DNA of 64,000 nt from an uncultured Phycisphaerales bacterium (GTDB lineage Bacteria > Planctomycetota > Phycisphaerae > Tepidisphaerales > Tepidisphaeraceae), in contig CAVWLP010000002.1 in the NCBI GenBank assembly GCA_963755915.1, positions 3,168,001 to 3,232,000 on the forward strand, written 5' to 3'. Positions 1 through 10,373 of this stretch are shown piece by piece. A program made the translations under genes and the position numbers. The notes beneath the pieces were generated by a model. The model searched no databases, had not been told where the DNA came from, and saw nothing but the letters and a program-made list of their open reading frames with translations. Position 1 is the first letter of the stretch, and the number at the start of each line of letters is the position of its first letter.

Positions 1-1
1 C

Positions 2-703
2 CATGAGCTGAACGTCGCATCCGGTGGAAATGCCAGCATAACCAGTCCCAATGGCGGGGTAGTTGTGGAGATAGACACCATCGCCAACAGCGGAACCATC
101 GATGTCGCGAATAACGAATTGCTGGTGAATTACGGCTCGGGGCCGGATCCGATCGCATCCATCGAGGCCCAAATCGCCAGCGGGTACAACGGAGGCAATT
201 GGAACGGCCCGGGCATCATTTCATCCGTCGCGCGCGTGCCAACCAATGGCCTGCTTTACGGATTGGGTTACGCCGATGGAACCGACGGCGTCGTTTCCGG
301 CCTGAGCTCTGGCCAAATCGAAGTGAAGTACACGCTTCTTGGCGACGCCAACCTCGATGGTGTCGTCAACGGAAGTGATTTCAGCATTCTCGCCGGCAAT
401 TTTGGGCAGGGTGTCACCAACTGGGACCAGGGGGACTTTCTGTTTACTTCCGCGATCAACGGCAGCGATTTCAGCGCCCTGGCGACAAATTTCGGGCAAG
501 GGGACGATACCGCGGCCAATGCTGAGGACATTGCCGCCCTGGATGCGTTCGCCGCCGCCAACGGTTTACCCATTCCAACATTTACCAACGTGCCGGAGCC
601 CGGATCGATGGGTCTGCTGGCCTTAGGCGCGATGGGAATCATGTCACGGCGCCGTCGCGGAACGAAAATCGATATCACATCAACGACCGGAGTTCGGTTT
701 TAG
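2..703 (+). CDS. PEP-CTERM sorting-domain protein with dockerin-like repeat (5' partial)
   Basis: Frame open from window start; LLGDANLDGVVNGSDF...NWDQGDF dockerin-like repeat; VPEPGS + TM helix + RRRR. Confidence 0.9.
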   Translation, partial: HELNVASGGNASITSPNGGVVVEIDTIANSGTIDVANNELLVNYGSGPDPIASIEAQIASGYNGGNWNGPGIISSVARVPTNGLLYGLGYADGTDGVVSGLSSGQIEVKYTLLGDANLDGVVNGSDFSILAGNFGQGVTNWDQGDFLFTSAINGSDFSALATNFGQGDDTAANAEDIAALDAFAAANGLPIPTFTNVPEPGSMGLLALGAMGIMSRRRRGTKIDITSTTGVRF

Positions 704-947
704 GCATAGCGTAAGAGGTGATAGACACAATCATGCACGGTGTCGTCAGAGGATTCGTTATTCCGCGTCATTTTCCGTTATCGCGGCATTTGGGGTTGGA
801 ATCTACGTCGGTGCGGCGCTGGCCAAGAGGTGATGAAATGGCGCTGGGAAAGCGACGTTGGCGCCGACACGGAATGCTCGGCGCCGCCGGGCGTTTTGAA
901 ATGGATTGGGTATCGTAAAAAAAGCGTGAATTGTTTGAAAGTTTTTG

Positions 948-977
948 TTGCAAGCGATTGTCGACAGTGATATATTT
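948..977 (+). promoter_or_regulatory. sigma70-like promoter (TTGCAA-17-TATATT) with TTGTCGACAG operator in the spacer
   Basis: -35 at 948-953, -10 at 971-976; box 958-967 matches palindromes at 12795 and 16635. Confidence 0.6.
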
Positions 978-1137
978 GTGGTTGTTATGAATATACCAGT
1001 GTGGGAACCCTGATAGTAGTCGCCGCGCCTGGAACTGAGCATGTTGTTTTCCAGTCGACGAAAACCAACTGTTTGAAGAACTTCGGCAATCATGTGGTGA
1101 TGGTCATCACGTATGCCACCAGGCATTAATTGGAGGT

Positions 1138-1914
1138 ATGATTATGTCCCATCGGAGAAAAGTGGCCCAAGCATTGTTGCTGGCCTCGGGCATCCTCGCC
1201 GCGGATAAAGCGTCGGCGACGATCCTCACGTTTAACAATACCACCGGAGGCGCGTCGTACGCGGGTTCCTATTCCAACCCGTCCGATCCGCTCAGCACTT
1301 ACGGTACCGACGTCAACTTCGGCGCCAATAGCACCGGAACCACCACGGTTCCAAACGGAGCCGGCACCGATACGTTTAATTACCAAGAAGGCAACGCCTG
1401 GACGCCAGATATATCGGTGGCGTACGGCATTGGTCCATCGCCGGCGGTCGCCTTGGACTACACCGGGCCCGCCAGTGAATGGCCCAGCGGCGCCACCGAA
1501 TTGGAGGGAAGTGCGACCAACCCCAATGATGATTTCTATTTTGCCTTCACGCCTGCGGCCGGATTTGCCGTTCGAGTCAATTCATACCAACTGAGCAACG
1601 TAACCTTCGTTGCCGCCTCAATGACTAGTACGCTTTATGAAAATACGGTCGGCGGTTCGACGATGGTGCCAACATTTAATCTCTCGAATCTATCGGGCAC
1701 CCCCCCTTCCTCCGAGACCGTAAACTTGCTGGCCAAAGGCTCGACGTTCTATGCTGGGACTCTGGTTCTGGACGTTCACCAGACCAACGGCAATGACGGC
1801 AGTCTAGGTGTATTTAACTTGAATTTTGATGAGGAAGCGGTTCCCGAGCCGGCATCGCTCGGTTGCCTTTCGGTGGGTGGGCTGGCACTGCTCCGCCGCC
1901 GCAGACGCGATTGA
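1138..1914 (+). CDS. Secreted PEP-CTERM protein
   Basis: GGAGG RBS, signal peptide, T/S/G/N-rich body, VPEPAS-TM-RRRRR C-terminus. Confidence 0.9.
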   Translation: MIMSHRRKVAQALLLASGILAADKASATILTFNNTTGGASYAGSYSNPSDPLSTYGTDVNFGANSTGTTTVPNGAGTDTFNYQEGNAWTPDISVAYGIGPSPAVALDYTGPASEWPSGATELEGSATNPNDDFYFAFTPAAGFAVRVNSYQLSNVTFVAASMTSTLYENTVGGSTMVPTFNLSNLSGTPPSSETVNLLAKGSTFYAGTLVLDVHQTNGNDGSLGVFNLNFDEEAVPEPASLGCLSVGGLALLRRRRRD

Positions 1915-1930
1915 GTATGGCTTACCTCTC

Positions 1931-1983
1931 GCTCTTCCGCCTCCTACCATCAACCCTCCGGTAGGGGGCGGAAGAGCTTTTTT
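1931..1983 (+). terminator. Rho-independent terminator
   Basis: GCTCTTCCGCCTCCTACC...GGTAGGGGGCGGAAGAGC hairpin followed by T6, just after the PEP-CTERM stop. Confidence 0.8.
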
Positions 1984-1997
1984 AATGGAGTTTGCGC

Positions 1998-3179
1998 GTG
2001 AACAGCGTTAGATCGCGGGCTTTTCTTGTCATCTTTGTCATCGCAAATTTTGCTTCGCTGGGCAGCGCTCAGTCCAAAAAATTGATCTATTTCGGTATCG
2101 GATCGCCTGATACGATGTGGATGCGCGATCACGTCGACGAAATGGAACAGGCGCCATTCGACGGAACGGTTTTCTACCTCACGACGGATGCCGGCCGTTC
2201 GCAGGGCGTCGTCGGTGATTTCTCGTGGTGCGCGTTTGGCTCGCGGCAGTTTGCCGAATCGGAAGTCCAGGGTGGAATCGACGGGCTCAAAGCCACTCAG
2301 TTTCACAAGTTCACCGACAACTTTGTTCGAATCACGGTGGCCGGATCGACTGACCTGACCGACAAGAGATTTACCGACTGGTTCGATTCATTCGATGTCA
2401 TTCTCAGCAATATGAAACTCGCCGCTACCGCGGTGAAGGAAGGCGGCGCCAAGGGGATTTATTTCGATCCGGAGGCGTACGGCGGTCCGGTGTGGGATTA
2501 CAAAAAGCAGCGCAACGCGCGGACCAAGAGCTTTGAGGAATATGCTGCGCAAGTCCGTCTTCGCGGCGCGCAGGTCATGCAGGCGTTTCAGTCGGAGTAT
2601 CCTGACATTACCATCATGTACGCGGAGGCCTATACCCTGCCCTATCGCGACTGGTGGCCCTATCCGTACAAGGCCGGCCCGCACGGGTTTGCTGCCAACA
2701 CGGCGAGCGTTGAGAAGCTAAAATATGTTCCATGCGGATTATGGCCGGCGTTTCTCGATGGCATGGCGTCAGTCGCCGGTCCGTCCAACAAACTGATCGA
2801 CGGCAGCGAGGGAACCTACACCCTTAAGACGCGAAAGGAATTCGAGGATTATCACCGCTCGTTTACGGATGGAGTGCTGCCGATCGTCGGAATCCCACCC
2901 GAGAAATACCACGCCTGCTTCAGCGAGGCCTTTTCGACCTGGATCGACGTCAACTGGCGTAAGCCCAATGGATGGAACGGCACGAATTTCGAGAATAATT
3001 TCTGGCAGCCGTCGGATCTCCAGACGGCGCTCAAAAACGCCATCGATGTTTCCGATGGGTATGTATGGCTTTATACAGAATCGCTTCGCTTTTGGGGACC
3101 GGGGAAAAATGTTCCGGCCGCCTACTGGAAAGCCGTCGAAAATGCTCACCTCGAGATTTCCGCTGACGCTTCACATTGA
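1998..3179 (+). CDS. Secreted hypothetical protein, possibly a TIM-barrel glycoside hydrolase-like fold
   Basis: GGAG RBS, GTG start, signal peptide, GAKGIYFDPEAY and DGYVWLYTE motifs. Confidence 0.6.
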   Translation: MNSVRSRAFLVIFVIANFASLGSAQSKKLIYFGIGSPDTMWMRDHVDEMEQAPFDGTVFYLTTDAGRSQGVVGDFSWCAFGSRQFAESEVQGGIDGLKATQFHKFTDNFVRITVAGSTDLTDKRFTDWFDSFDVILSNMKLAATAVKEGGAKGIYFDPEAYGGPVWDYKKQRNARTKSFEEYAAQVRLRGAQVMQAFQSEYPDITIMYAEAYTLPYRDWWPYPYKAGPHGFAANTASVEKLKYVPCGLWPAFLDGMASVAGPSNKLIDGSEGTYTLKTRKEFEDYHRSFTDGVLPIVGIPPEKYHACFSEAFSTWIDVNWRKPNGWNGTNFENNFWQPSDLQTALKNAIDVSDGYVWLYTESLRFWGPGKNVPAAYWKAVENAHLEISADASH

Positions 3180-3215
3180 TACAGTCGGCAAGACGTCTAA
3201 ACACCGACTTGAGAG

Positions 3216-5828
3216 ATGAACGCCAAGATTGTCATTCGCGGGGATCGGGAAATTGACTACATATCCTCTTTTCTGCAAGCCGAGCTAAGTGCTCGCAAGC
3301 TTCTTGAGGAGGATTCCAATTCGAGCACTGCGATTCCCCTCTCATTGCAGGTTGACAAAAATCTCCGGTTGGGTGCACAGGGATTTCAAATCGACTGGAT
3401 GCCGTCGATCGACCCGGCAGAAATCTTTGACCCTGAGTTCACCTGGCATGGCGACGAGAATTCAACTTCCAATGAGCCCCCCGAATTCACCCAACGCCCT
3501 CCCTCAGGCAGCATAACTGCCAACAGCAGCGACGGGCTCTTTTATGGCGCCCTCGAATTTCTGGAGCGCTGCGACGTTCGCGGATCGCTGCCCATCCGGC
3601 CCATCGATCTGCGGCGAGCGGCACACATTCCGCTCCGCTCGTCGAGTCTGCAATTGATGAAGAAGGGTGAGTACATCATTCCTATTCGCCAAGAGCTGTT
3701 TCCCTGGTTCTTCGATCGGAACGTGTGCAATCGCTATCTCAATTTTCTTTCAAAGCAGCGATTTAACGCCATCACGTTTTGGAACTTCCACCCTTTTCCC
3801 TATTTCTGCCCCATCGAAGGTCATCCGGAGGTCAGCGAAATATCCGAGGAAGAGCGCGAGTCCAACGCCAATCACCTCCGGTGGCTGATCAAGGAAGCCG
3901 GATCGCGGGGAATTCGCCTTTTCTGGCATTTTTACAACATTTACGTGTGCCCCAGCTTTGCCAAAGCGCATGGGCTGAGTGCGCTTTACAATCAGTTCAC
4001 GCCGCGCCAGGAAAAGCTCGTTTACAACTATATTCGCAACAGTGTTCGTTCGTTTGCGAATGCCTTTCCGGAAGTTGGTTTTGTCGCCTGTGCGGGAGAA
4101 GGCGTGCCCGCCGGAAAAGCCGAGCGTTTTGTCGCTGATGTCCTGGTTTCCGCGCTCAACGAGACGGCGCATCATCCGCCGCTGATTGTGCGGCAATGGT
4201 CGAGCCTTTCGGCCTCCCGGTTTTCGCGCGACGTCGTCGGCAAATACGATGCGCTGTGGTGCATGATCAAGCACAATGCCGAGCACATCGCAGGCACGGC
4301 ACCCGAGGCGCGGGTCAGCGACTGGGTGGCTACCGGCGTGCCGACCGTCGTCAACTTTCACATGATTTCCGAGATCGGCCCGTTTCGGTGGGGGCCTCCC
4401 GGATACATCCGCGAAATCTGCCTGAACTATAAAGCGCTGGGTGTAAAGGGCGTCAACGTGTTTCCGCATTGGCAGTGGCGCACGCCAAACGTCGGAGACC
4501 GAAACTACAACGGCGACGAACTCGACCGCGACTGGCTTTATCACGAAGCGTGGGGCCGATATAGTTTCGACCCCGTGCGCGACCGTGACGAGGAATCTCG
4601 CCATTGGGTTCGGCGGGCAAAGACCCACGGATTGATGGAAGATGCCGCCGAGGCTTTCATCACCGCACACGAAACGAGCGGCCCATCCCTTCCTCGACTC
4701 CAACAGCATCTTTGGGCTCACTACGACAACCATTCCGTCCTGCCAGCGGGCCTCACGCTCGGACAATTTCGCTTTGGTCGGTCCATGCACGGACGCAAGA
4801 TCATCCGCACGGACCGTCTTGAGGATATTTTGCCCCTTCGTGCGGAGCTTCAGAATTGGCCTTCGCAAAAGACCGGTTTTCGCTTCGATGACGCCGCCGC
4901 ACAATCGCTCGAAGAAATCAACCAATCCCTGGCAATCCTCACTCCGCTGGCGCGAAAGCATGATGAAATGGAACGTCTAGGTGCGGATCTAACTTCGATT
5001 CAGCAAAGTATTTTATTCCTGCAGCAAAAGGCGAAAATCGCGGATATGCTGATGAAATACAGCCGGGAAGACAAGCTTTCGCATGTGGATGAAGCCGTCG
5101 CAGGTCTTCGTGAATCGGTCACGGCTTTTCGCGCCTATCGCGACCACGCGGAGAAGTGGTACGAGGGCATCAGCGATGTTCCGCCTTATTTGCCGTTTCA
5201 TAATTACAAATCGATTGTTTTGCCTTATACCTGGACCGATTGCCTGGAAGTTTTCGAGCGCGAGTTGCAGAATCTGGAGGAATTCGCTGCGGCCATGAAA
5301 GCATCCGAGCCACTTTCGCTTGCTCACCATTTTGGGTTCGATCGCGTTGATTTGCGGCGCGATCTTGAACGCCAGTTGGTTGGTGCGAAAGGTCGATGGC
5401 TCAAGGGCGATCCGGATTTTGTGCCATGGTCGAAACACCTTTCCAAAATGGAGAAGCTGGTTCTCCTCCCGTGCGCGGTTTATGCGACGCTAGAGATTTC
5501 GGTTTTGTCGGATCCGGCGCTCGTAAAGTCCTGGGTCGAGAAGGGGGGCCGGCTGGTGGTAATTACGCTTCCCGATCTCCCCTGGCATGAGGCGAAAATG
5601 CTCGGGCAAGTGCTCGGCATCGATGCCGCCGCCCTCGACGCGAAGACGACCGAGCATGGGCAGCAGAGGCGACTTACGATTCAAGCCGGAAATTATTTGA
5701 GCTGGAACGATCGCAACGAGAATCGCGGAATTTGCGGTCATGCTGCCTTCGGCAAGGGGGAGATAGAGTTTTTTGCACTTGCTTCGTCTTCGGAATGGCC
5801 GCAAATGGCGACGAAATGGGCTCGTTAA
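3216..5828 (+). CDS. Large glycoside hydrolase-like protein (GH20/GH67/GH115-type N-terminal domain plus barrel)
   Basis: 870-aa ORF; GAQGFQI...ITANSSDGLFYGALEFLE N-domain; RFNAITFWNFHPF; abuts next gene. Confidence 0.5.
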   Translation: MNAKIVIRGDREIDYISSFLQAELSARKLLEEDSNSSTAIPLSLQVDKNLRLGAQGFQIDWMPSIDPAEIFDPEFTWHGDENSTSNEPPEFTQRPPSGSITANSSDGLFYGALEFLERCDVRGSLPIRPIDLRRAAHIPLRSSSLQLMKKGEYIIPIRQELFPWFFDRNVCNRYLNFLSKQRFNAITFWNFHPFPYFCPIEGHPEVSEISEEERESNANHLRWLIKEAGSRGIRLFWHFYNIYVCPSFAKAHGLSALYNQFTPRQEKLVYNYIRNSVRSFANAFPEVGFVACAGEGVPAGKAERFVADVLVSALNETAHHPPLIVRQWSSLSASRFSRDVVGKYDALWCMIKHNAEHIAGTAPEARVSDWVATGVPTVVNFHMISEIGPFRWGPPGYIREICLNYKALGVKGVNVFPHWQWRTPNVGDRNYNGDELDRDWLYHEAWGRYSFDPVRDRDEESRHWVRRAKTHGLMEDAAEAFITAHETSGPSLPRLQQHLWAHYDNHSVLPAGLTLGQFRFGRSMHGRKIIRTDRLEDILPLRAELQNWPSQKTGFRFDDAAAQSLEEINQSLAILTPLARKHDEMERLGADLTSIQQSILFLQQKAKIADMLMKYSREDKLSHVDEAVAGLRESVTAFRAYRDHAEKWYEGISDVPPYLPFHNYKSIVLPYTWTDCLEVFERELQNLEEFAAAMKASEPLSLAHHFGFDRVDLRRDLERQLVGAKGRWLKGDPDFVPWSKHLSKMEKLVLLPCAVYATLEISVLSDPALVKSWVEKGGRLVVITLPDLPWHEAKMLGQVLGIDAAALDAKTTEHGQQRRLTIQAGNYLSWNDRNENRGICGHAAFGKGEIEFFALASSSEWPQMATKWAR

Positions 5829-7130
5829 ATGGCACAACACCGAAGAAAGTACGCGATTGTTGGCACTGGGGCCCGCTCGACCATGTTTATCGACGCTCTG
5901 GCGACCAGGTACCGAGGCGTCGGTGAAATTGTCGCCCTCTGCGACACCAGCCAGACGCGAATGGATTGGTACAACGCCAAGCTGGAAAACGTGCATGGCG
6001 TATCACGCGTGCCGACCTATAACGATACCAGCTTCGATAAGATGATTCGCGAGCGTGAGCCCGACGTGGTGATCGTCACCACGATTGATTCGGCGCACCA
6101 CATTTATGCCATCCGAGCGATGGAACTCGGTTGCGATGTGATCTGCGAAAAACCGATGACGATCGATGCGGGGAAGGCCCGCGCAATGCTCGATGCCATC
6201 AAGAGCACGGGTCGCACGCTGCGGGTTACGTTCAACATGCGCTACATCCCGCACATGACGAAAGTCCGCGAATTGGTGCAGTCGGGAACGATCGGCACGC
6301 CTACCGCCGTCAACGTCTCTTGGGTGCTCAACACCAGCCACGGCGCCGATTATTTCCGCCGCTGGCATCGCGAAAAGAAATACAGCGGCGGGCTGCTCAT
6401 CCACAAATCCACGCACCATTTTGACCTGATTAATTGGTGGGTCGACAGCTACCCCAAAACCGTCTTCGCGATGGGGGCGCTGGGGTTTTACGGGCGTGAT
6501 AACGCCACCGCCCGCGGCGATCTGGCTCGCACGCTTTACGATCGTTACACCGGGGAGCCGGCGGCCGAGGCTGATCCCTTCGCCCTCAACCTCGCCAAAG
6601 ACCCCAATCTCAAAGGGCTTTACCTCGATGCCGAGGCCGACAGCGGATACATCCGCGATCGCAACGTATTTGGCGATAATATTACAGCCGAGGACACGAT
6701 GGCGCTGGCGGTTCGCTACCGCAATGGCGTGATCATGAATTACTCGCTGGTCTGTTACAGTCCGTGGGAGGGTTGGAATGCGGCAATCACCGGCACGAAG
6801 GGGCGAATCGAAGTCAGCGCCCACTACGGTTCACATATCATCGGCAAACAGTCGGATCCGCAGCCGGAAAACGATTGGCATCGTATCAAGGTGTTTCCGA
6901 TGTTCGGGCGCCCATTCGATGTCGATGTTCCTCAGGAAGCCGGCGATCACGGCGGTGGAGATCGGATCATGCTCGAGGATCTTCTTTCTCCCGAAGCGCC
7001 GGTTGATGACCCGTTTCACCGCGCCGCGAGCCAGGTAGACGGAGTTGCGTCGGTACTGGTTGGCGCCAGCGCCAATGTGTCGATCGAAACGGGGCAGCCC
7101 GTGAACTGTGACGACCTTTTGAAACTTTAA
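5829..7130 (+). CDS. Gfo/Idh/MocA family oxidoreductase
   Basis: YAIVGTGAR Rossmann motif, [23 protein letters not shown]. Confidence 0.92.
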   Translation: MAQHRRKYAIVGTGARSTMFIDALATRYRGVGEIVALCDTSQTRMDWYNAKLENVHGVSRVPTYNDTSFDKMIREREPDVVIVTTIDSAHHIYAIRAMELGCDVICEKPMTIDAGKARAMLDAIKSTGRTLRVTFNMRYIPHMTKVRELVQSGTIGTPTAVNVSWVLNTSHGADYFRRWHREKKYSGGLLIHKSTHHFDLINWWVDSYPKTVFAMGALGFYGRDNATARGDLARTLYDRYTGEPAAEADPFALNLAKDPNLKGLYLDAEADSGYIRDRNVFGDNITAEDTMALAVRYRNGVIMNYSLVCYSPWEGWNAAITGTKGRIEVSAHYGSHIIGKQSDPQPENDWHRIKVFPMFGRPFDVDVPQEAGDHGGGDRIMLEDLLSPEAPVDDPFHRAASQVDGVASVLVGASANVSIETGQPVNCDDLLKL

Positions 7131-7133
7131 GCG

Positions 7134-8648
7134 ATGAAAAATGATTTGGTTGCCATCGGAGGCGAAAAGCAGTTGTTTTTCGACAGCTATTGCATCGACG
7201 AACTCGCTGGAGTTCGCCGCCATTTTCACCAGGCCAAAAAACATCCCGCGAATCCAATCCTAGAAAAGCGCGAGTGGTGGGAATATCCCAATATCGAACT
7301 CTACGGCAATGTACTTTTCGATCCGAAAACGCACGAATTCCGCATGTTTTACAACGCCCTCTCGAAGGAGGGGTTCGAGACGGTCTGTCTCGCAACCTCC
7401 AGCGACGGCGTCAAGTTTGAGCGCGCGAGTTTAAATTTGTTTGAGCACAATGGCCGGGTCATCGGCAACGCCGTACTCAAGGGCAAGGTTCGCTTACCCA
7501 CGGTGCTCGAGAGTCCCGACGAACCGGATCCCCAGCGTCGCTATCGCATGATCGCTTTCACCGGCTCGGAAATGGTTGACCTGCGAAAAGAGTTGCGATC
7601 CGGCTTCCAGCAGGGCTATTCCGTTTTTTTCTCGCCGGATGCAATCCATTGGAAGGCGCATGATCGCAACCCGGTTATCCAGGGCAGCGATATGTGCACC
7701 TGCTTCTTCGATCCCGTGAGCAAAGAGTACATCGCGTTCGTTAAGCACCACTCAACGGCTTGCGAAAAGTTTCGCCGTTGCGTGGGTATTACGACCAGCC
7801 ATGATTTCGTGAAGTGGGGCGTCGTGCAAACGCTGCTGTCCGCCGACGAAATCGACGACGCCCGCGTTGCCGAGCGCCTGGATCGTTTCCGCGATATCAT
7901 CATGTACGACAATCCCAGCGAATATCTCGCTGATATCTACGGTATGACCGGCTTCCGCTATGAAGGACTGCGCCTGGGCCTGATCTGGCTTTACGACAGG
8001 TCCGGAACACGTCCTCCCGAGCATGGCGGAAACGATGACGGCATCATCAACGCTCAACTCGTCTATTCACGCGACGCAAACCCCTACGGCTTTTGGCGAC
8101 GCACCAGCGAACGGCGCGATTTTATTCCCTGCGGCAACGAAGGCGACTTCGACGCCGGAATGGTGCTTCCTGCTTCCACCGTCATCGAAGTGGGCGATGA
8201 GATCTGGTTCTATTACACCGGCTGTGATGGCCCGCATAATTTTGATCTCGCGGGACCCAGCAAGTTTCATCCCAAATCGCAGTCCAAGCTCCCCGCAAAT
8301 CGAGGACTTTCAATCGGCCTGGCTACGCTGCGGCGCGACGGCTTTGTCTCCCTTTGCGCGAACCATCCATCCGGCAGAATGATAACAAAGCTCCTGACCT
8401 TCGCCGGCCACGCGCTGGAGATCAACGCGGATTCGGAAAATGGATCAATCTTCGTCGAGATTCTTGATGATCAGGGCAAGCCAATTGCGGGCTTCACGAA
8501 AGAAGAATGCGTTGCCTTTTCCAGGGATGCAATTCGCGGCCGAATCGAGTGGAAGAGCGGCAAAAGCGTTCGGGAGCTTGCGGGTAAGCCAATTCGCCTG
8601 GTTTTCCACATCGAGACCGCGAAACTGTACGCATTTCAATTTGTATGA
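7134..8648 (+). CDS. Five-bladed beta-propeller glycosidase-like protein, paralogue 1
   Basis: KHPANPIL, ATSSDGVKFER, SPDAIHW, IGLATLRRDGFVSL, KLYAFQF motifs; 504 aa. Confidence 0.75.
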   Translation: MKNDLVAIGGEKQLFFDSYCIDELAGVRRHFHQAKKHPANPILEKREWWEYPNIELYGNVLFDPKTHEFRMFYNALSKEGFETVCLATSSDGVKFERASLNLFEHNGRVIGNAVLKGKVRLPTVLESPDEPDPQRRYRMIAFTGSEMVDLRKELRSGFQQGYSVFFSPDAIHWKAHDRNPVIQGSDMCTCFFDPVSKEYIAFVKHHSTACEKFRRCVGITTSHDFVKWGVVQTLLSADEIDDARVAERLDRFRDIIMYDNPSEYLADIYGMTGFRYEGLRLGLIWLYDRSGTRPPEHGGNDDGIINAQLVYSRDANPYGFWRRTSERRDFIPCGNEGDFDAGMVLPASTVIEVGDEIWFYYTGCDGPHNFDLAGPSKFHPKSQSKLPANRGLSIGLATLRRDGFVSLCANHPSGRMITKLLTFAGHALEINADSENGSIFVEILDDQGKPIAGFTKEECVAFSRDAIRGRIEWKSGKSVRELAGKPIRLVFHIETAKLYAFQFV

Positions 8649-8696
8649 AGCACGCGGCGGAAAATCTTGAGATAATCGCAGAGGCCGCGCGATCCA

Positions 8697-10361
8697 ATGA
8701 ACCTCGAGCAGCAGTTCCAATCCGGATATGCGCTTCATCGGGCCGGACGGCTTATGGAGGCGGAGAAGATCTATCGCCAGGTTCTGGAGCGCCGGCCCAA
8801 TCATGCAGATGCGCTGCATCTTCTGGGCCTGCTATCGGCCCAGTCGGGGCGGCTTGAGGCCGCGGCGGACTTGCTCCAGCGGGCGGTCCGAGTCAATCCC
8901 ACTTCGGCTGAAGCCTGCGGGAATCTTGGCAATGTATATAAGGACCTCCGCCGGCTGGATGAGGCGATTGATTCATATCAGCAGGCCATCCGGCTGAAGT
9001 TTGAGCTGGCCGAGGCGTACAGCAATCTCGGCAATGTGCTTAAGAGCCAGGGGCGGCTCGATGAGGCGATCGCCTCGCATCGGCAAGCGATCAAGCTGCG
9101 CCCCGATCTTGCGCAGGCGCACAGCAATCTGGTTTACGATCTGCATTTTCATCCTGGCTACGACGCTGCGATGCTTTATGATGAACATCGGCGCTGGAAT
9201 CAGCAGCACGCTGCGCCATTTACGCAATCCATAGTTCCCCATGCCAACGATCGCAGCGTGGATCGTCCCCTGAAAATCGGTTATGTCTCGCCCGATTTTT
9301 GCGAGCACCCGGTGGGGAGATTTATCCTGCCCCTCTTGGCTGCGCATGATCGCGACCGGTTCGAGGTGTATTGCTACTCACATGCGCCTCGCGTTGACGG
9401 GGTTACAGAGCTGATTCGCCGTCATGCGAGCCAGTGGCGAAACACCTGCGGCCTGAGCGACGAACGCACCGCGCAAATAATCCGGGAAGATCAGATCGAC
9501 ATTCTCGTCGACCTGACAATGCACATGTCACGCAACCGGATGTTGCTGTTTGCACGCAAGCCGGCGCCGGTTCAGGTGACGTATCTCGCTTACTGTTCCA
9601 CCACTGGCCTGGATGCAATCGACTACCGCTTTACCGATCCTCATCTCGATCCCACAGGATCCGACGACTCCATCTACCAGGAAACTTCGATCCGGCTTCC
9701 TGAGACATATTGGTGTTACCAGTTTGACGAACATAGTCCCGAGGTAAGCCCCTCACCCGCGACGAAGAATGCGGAGATAACCTTCGGTTGCCTGAACAAC
9801 TTCTGCAAGGTCTCGCCGCAGGCCTTGGAGGTATGGAGTGAGATATTGCGCGAAAATCCTAAATCGCGGCTGATTCTGCATGCCCACGAAGGCGGCCATC
9901 GCCAGCGCGTGCGCGATCAGCTCCAGAGTCGGCGAATTGATTCGCGGCGGCTGGAGTTCATGGGGTGGGTAGGCTATTACGATTATCTGCGGCAATATCA
10001 GCGGATTGACATCGCCCTGGATCCATTTCCGTGCAATGGCGGCACGACAACGTGTAACGCGCTGTGGATGGGGGTGCCCGTGATCACGCTGACAGGCAAA
10101 ACGGCGGTCGGGCGCGGGGGCGTAAGCGTTTTGCGGAATGTCGGATTGCCCGAGCTGATCGCGGACTCAACACAAAACTATGTTCAAATCGCAAACGAGC
10201 TGGCTTGTAATCCGTCTCGTCTGAGGGAGCTTCGCCAAAACCTGCGAGATCGCATGCGTGCTTCCCCTTTAATGGATTCGTCCGGGTTCGCCCGCAACGT
10301 TGAGGCCGCCTACCGCCGGATGTGGCAAAGCTGGTGCGCGAAGGGCGCGACTTCGAAATAA
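8697..10361 (+). CDS. TPR + O-GlcNAc transferase (SPINDLY/GT41 family)
   Basis: TPR repeats; LKIGYVSPDFCEHPV, RKPAPVQVTYL, DIALDPFPCNGGTTT, LWMGVPV. Confidence 0.92.
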   Translation: MNLEQQFQSGYALHRAGRLMEAEKIYRQVLERRPNHADALHLLGLLSAQSGRLEAAADLLQRAVRVNPTSAEACGNLGNVYKDLRRLDEAIDSYQQAIRLKFELAEAYSNLGNVLKSQGRLDEAIASHRQAIKLRPDLAQAHSNLVYDLHFHPGYDAAMLYDEHRRWNQQHAAPFTQSIVPHANDRSVDRPLKIGYVSPDFCEHPVGRFILPLLAAHDRDRFEVYCYSHAPRVDGVTELIRRHASQWRNTCGLSDERTAQIIREDQIDILVDLTMHMSRNRMLLFARKPAPVQVTYLAYCSTTGLDAIDYRFTDPHLDPTGSDDSIYQETSIRLPETYWCYQFDEHSPEVSPSPATKNAEITFGCLNNFCKVSPQALEVWSEILRENPKSRLILHAHEGGHRQRVRDQLQSRRIDSRRLEFMGWVGYYDYLRQYQRIDIALDPFPCNGGTTTCNALWMGVPVITLTGKTAVGRGGVSVLRNVGLPELIADSTQNYVQIANELACNPSRLRELRQNLRDRMRASPLMDSSGFARNVEAAYRRMWQSWCAKGATSK

Positions 10362-10373
10362 AATTTCCTGCCC

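Noticed and set aside
704-1137. Riboswitch or small ORFs in the PEP-CTERM intergenic region
   Set aside because: No recognisable riboswitch consensus, and the short ORFs lack an RBS or motifs; only promoter and operator signals are supported.
3750-4961. Long antisense ORFs (3750-4961, 25496-26800, 42844-44160 and similar)
   Set aside because: They overlap well-supported genes on the opposite strand, have no recognisable motifs, and are expected in high-GC DNA.
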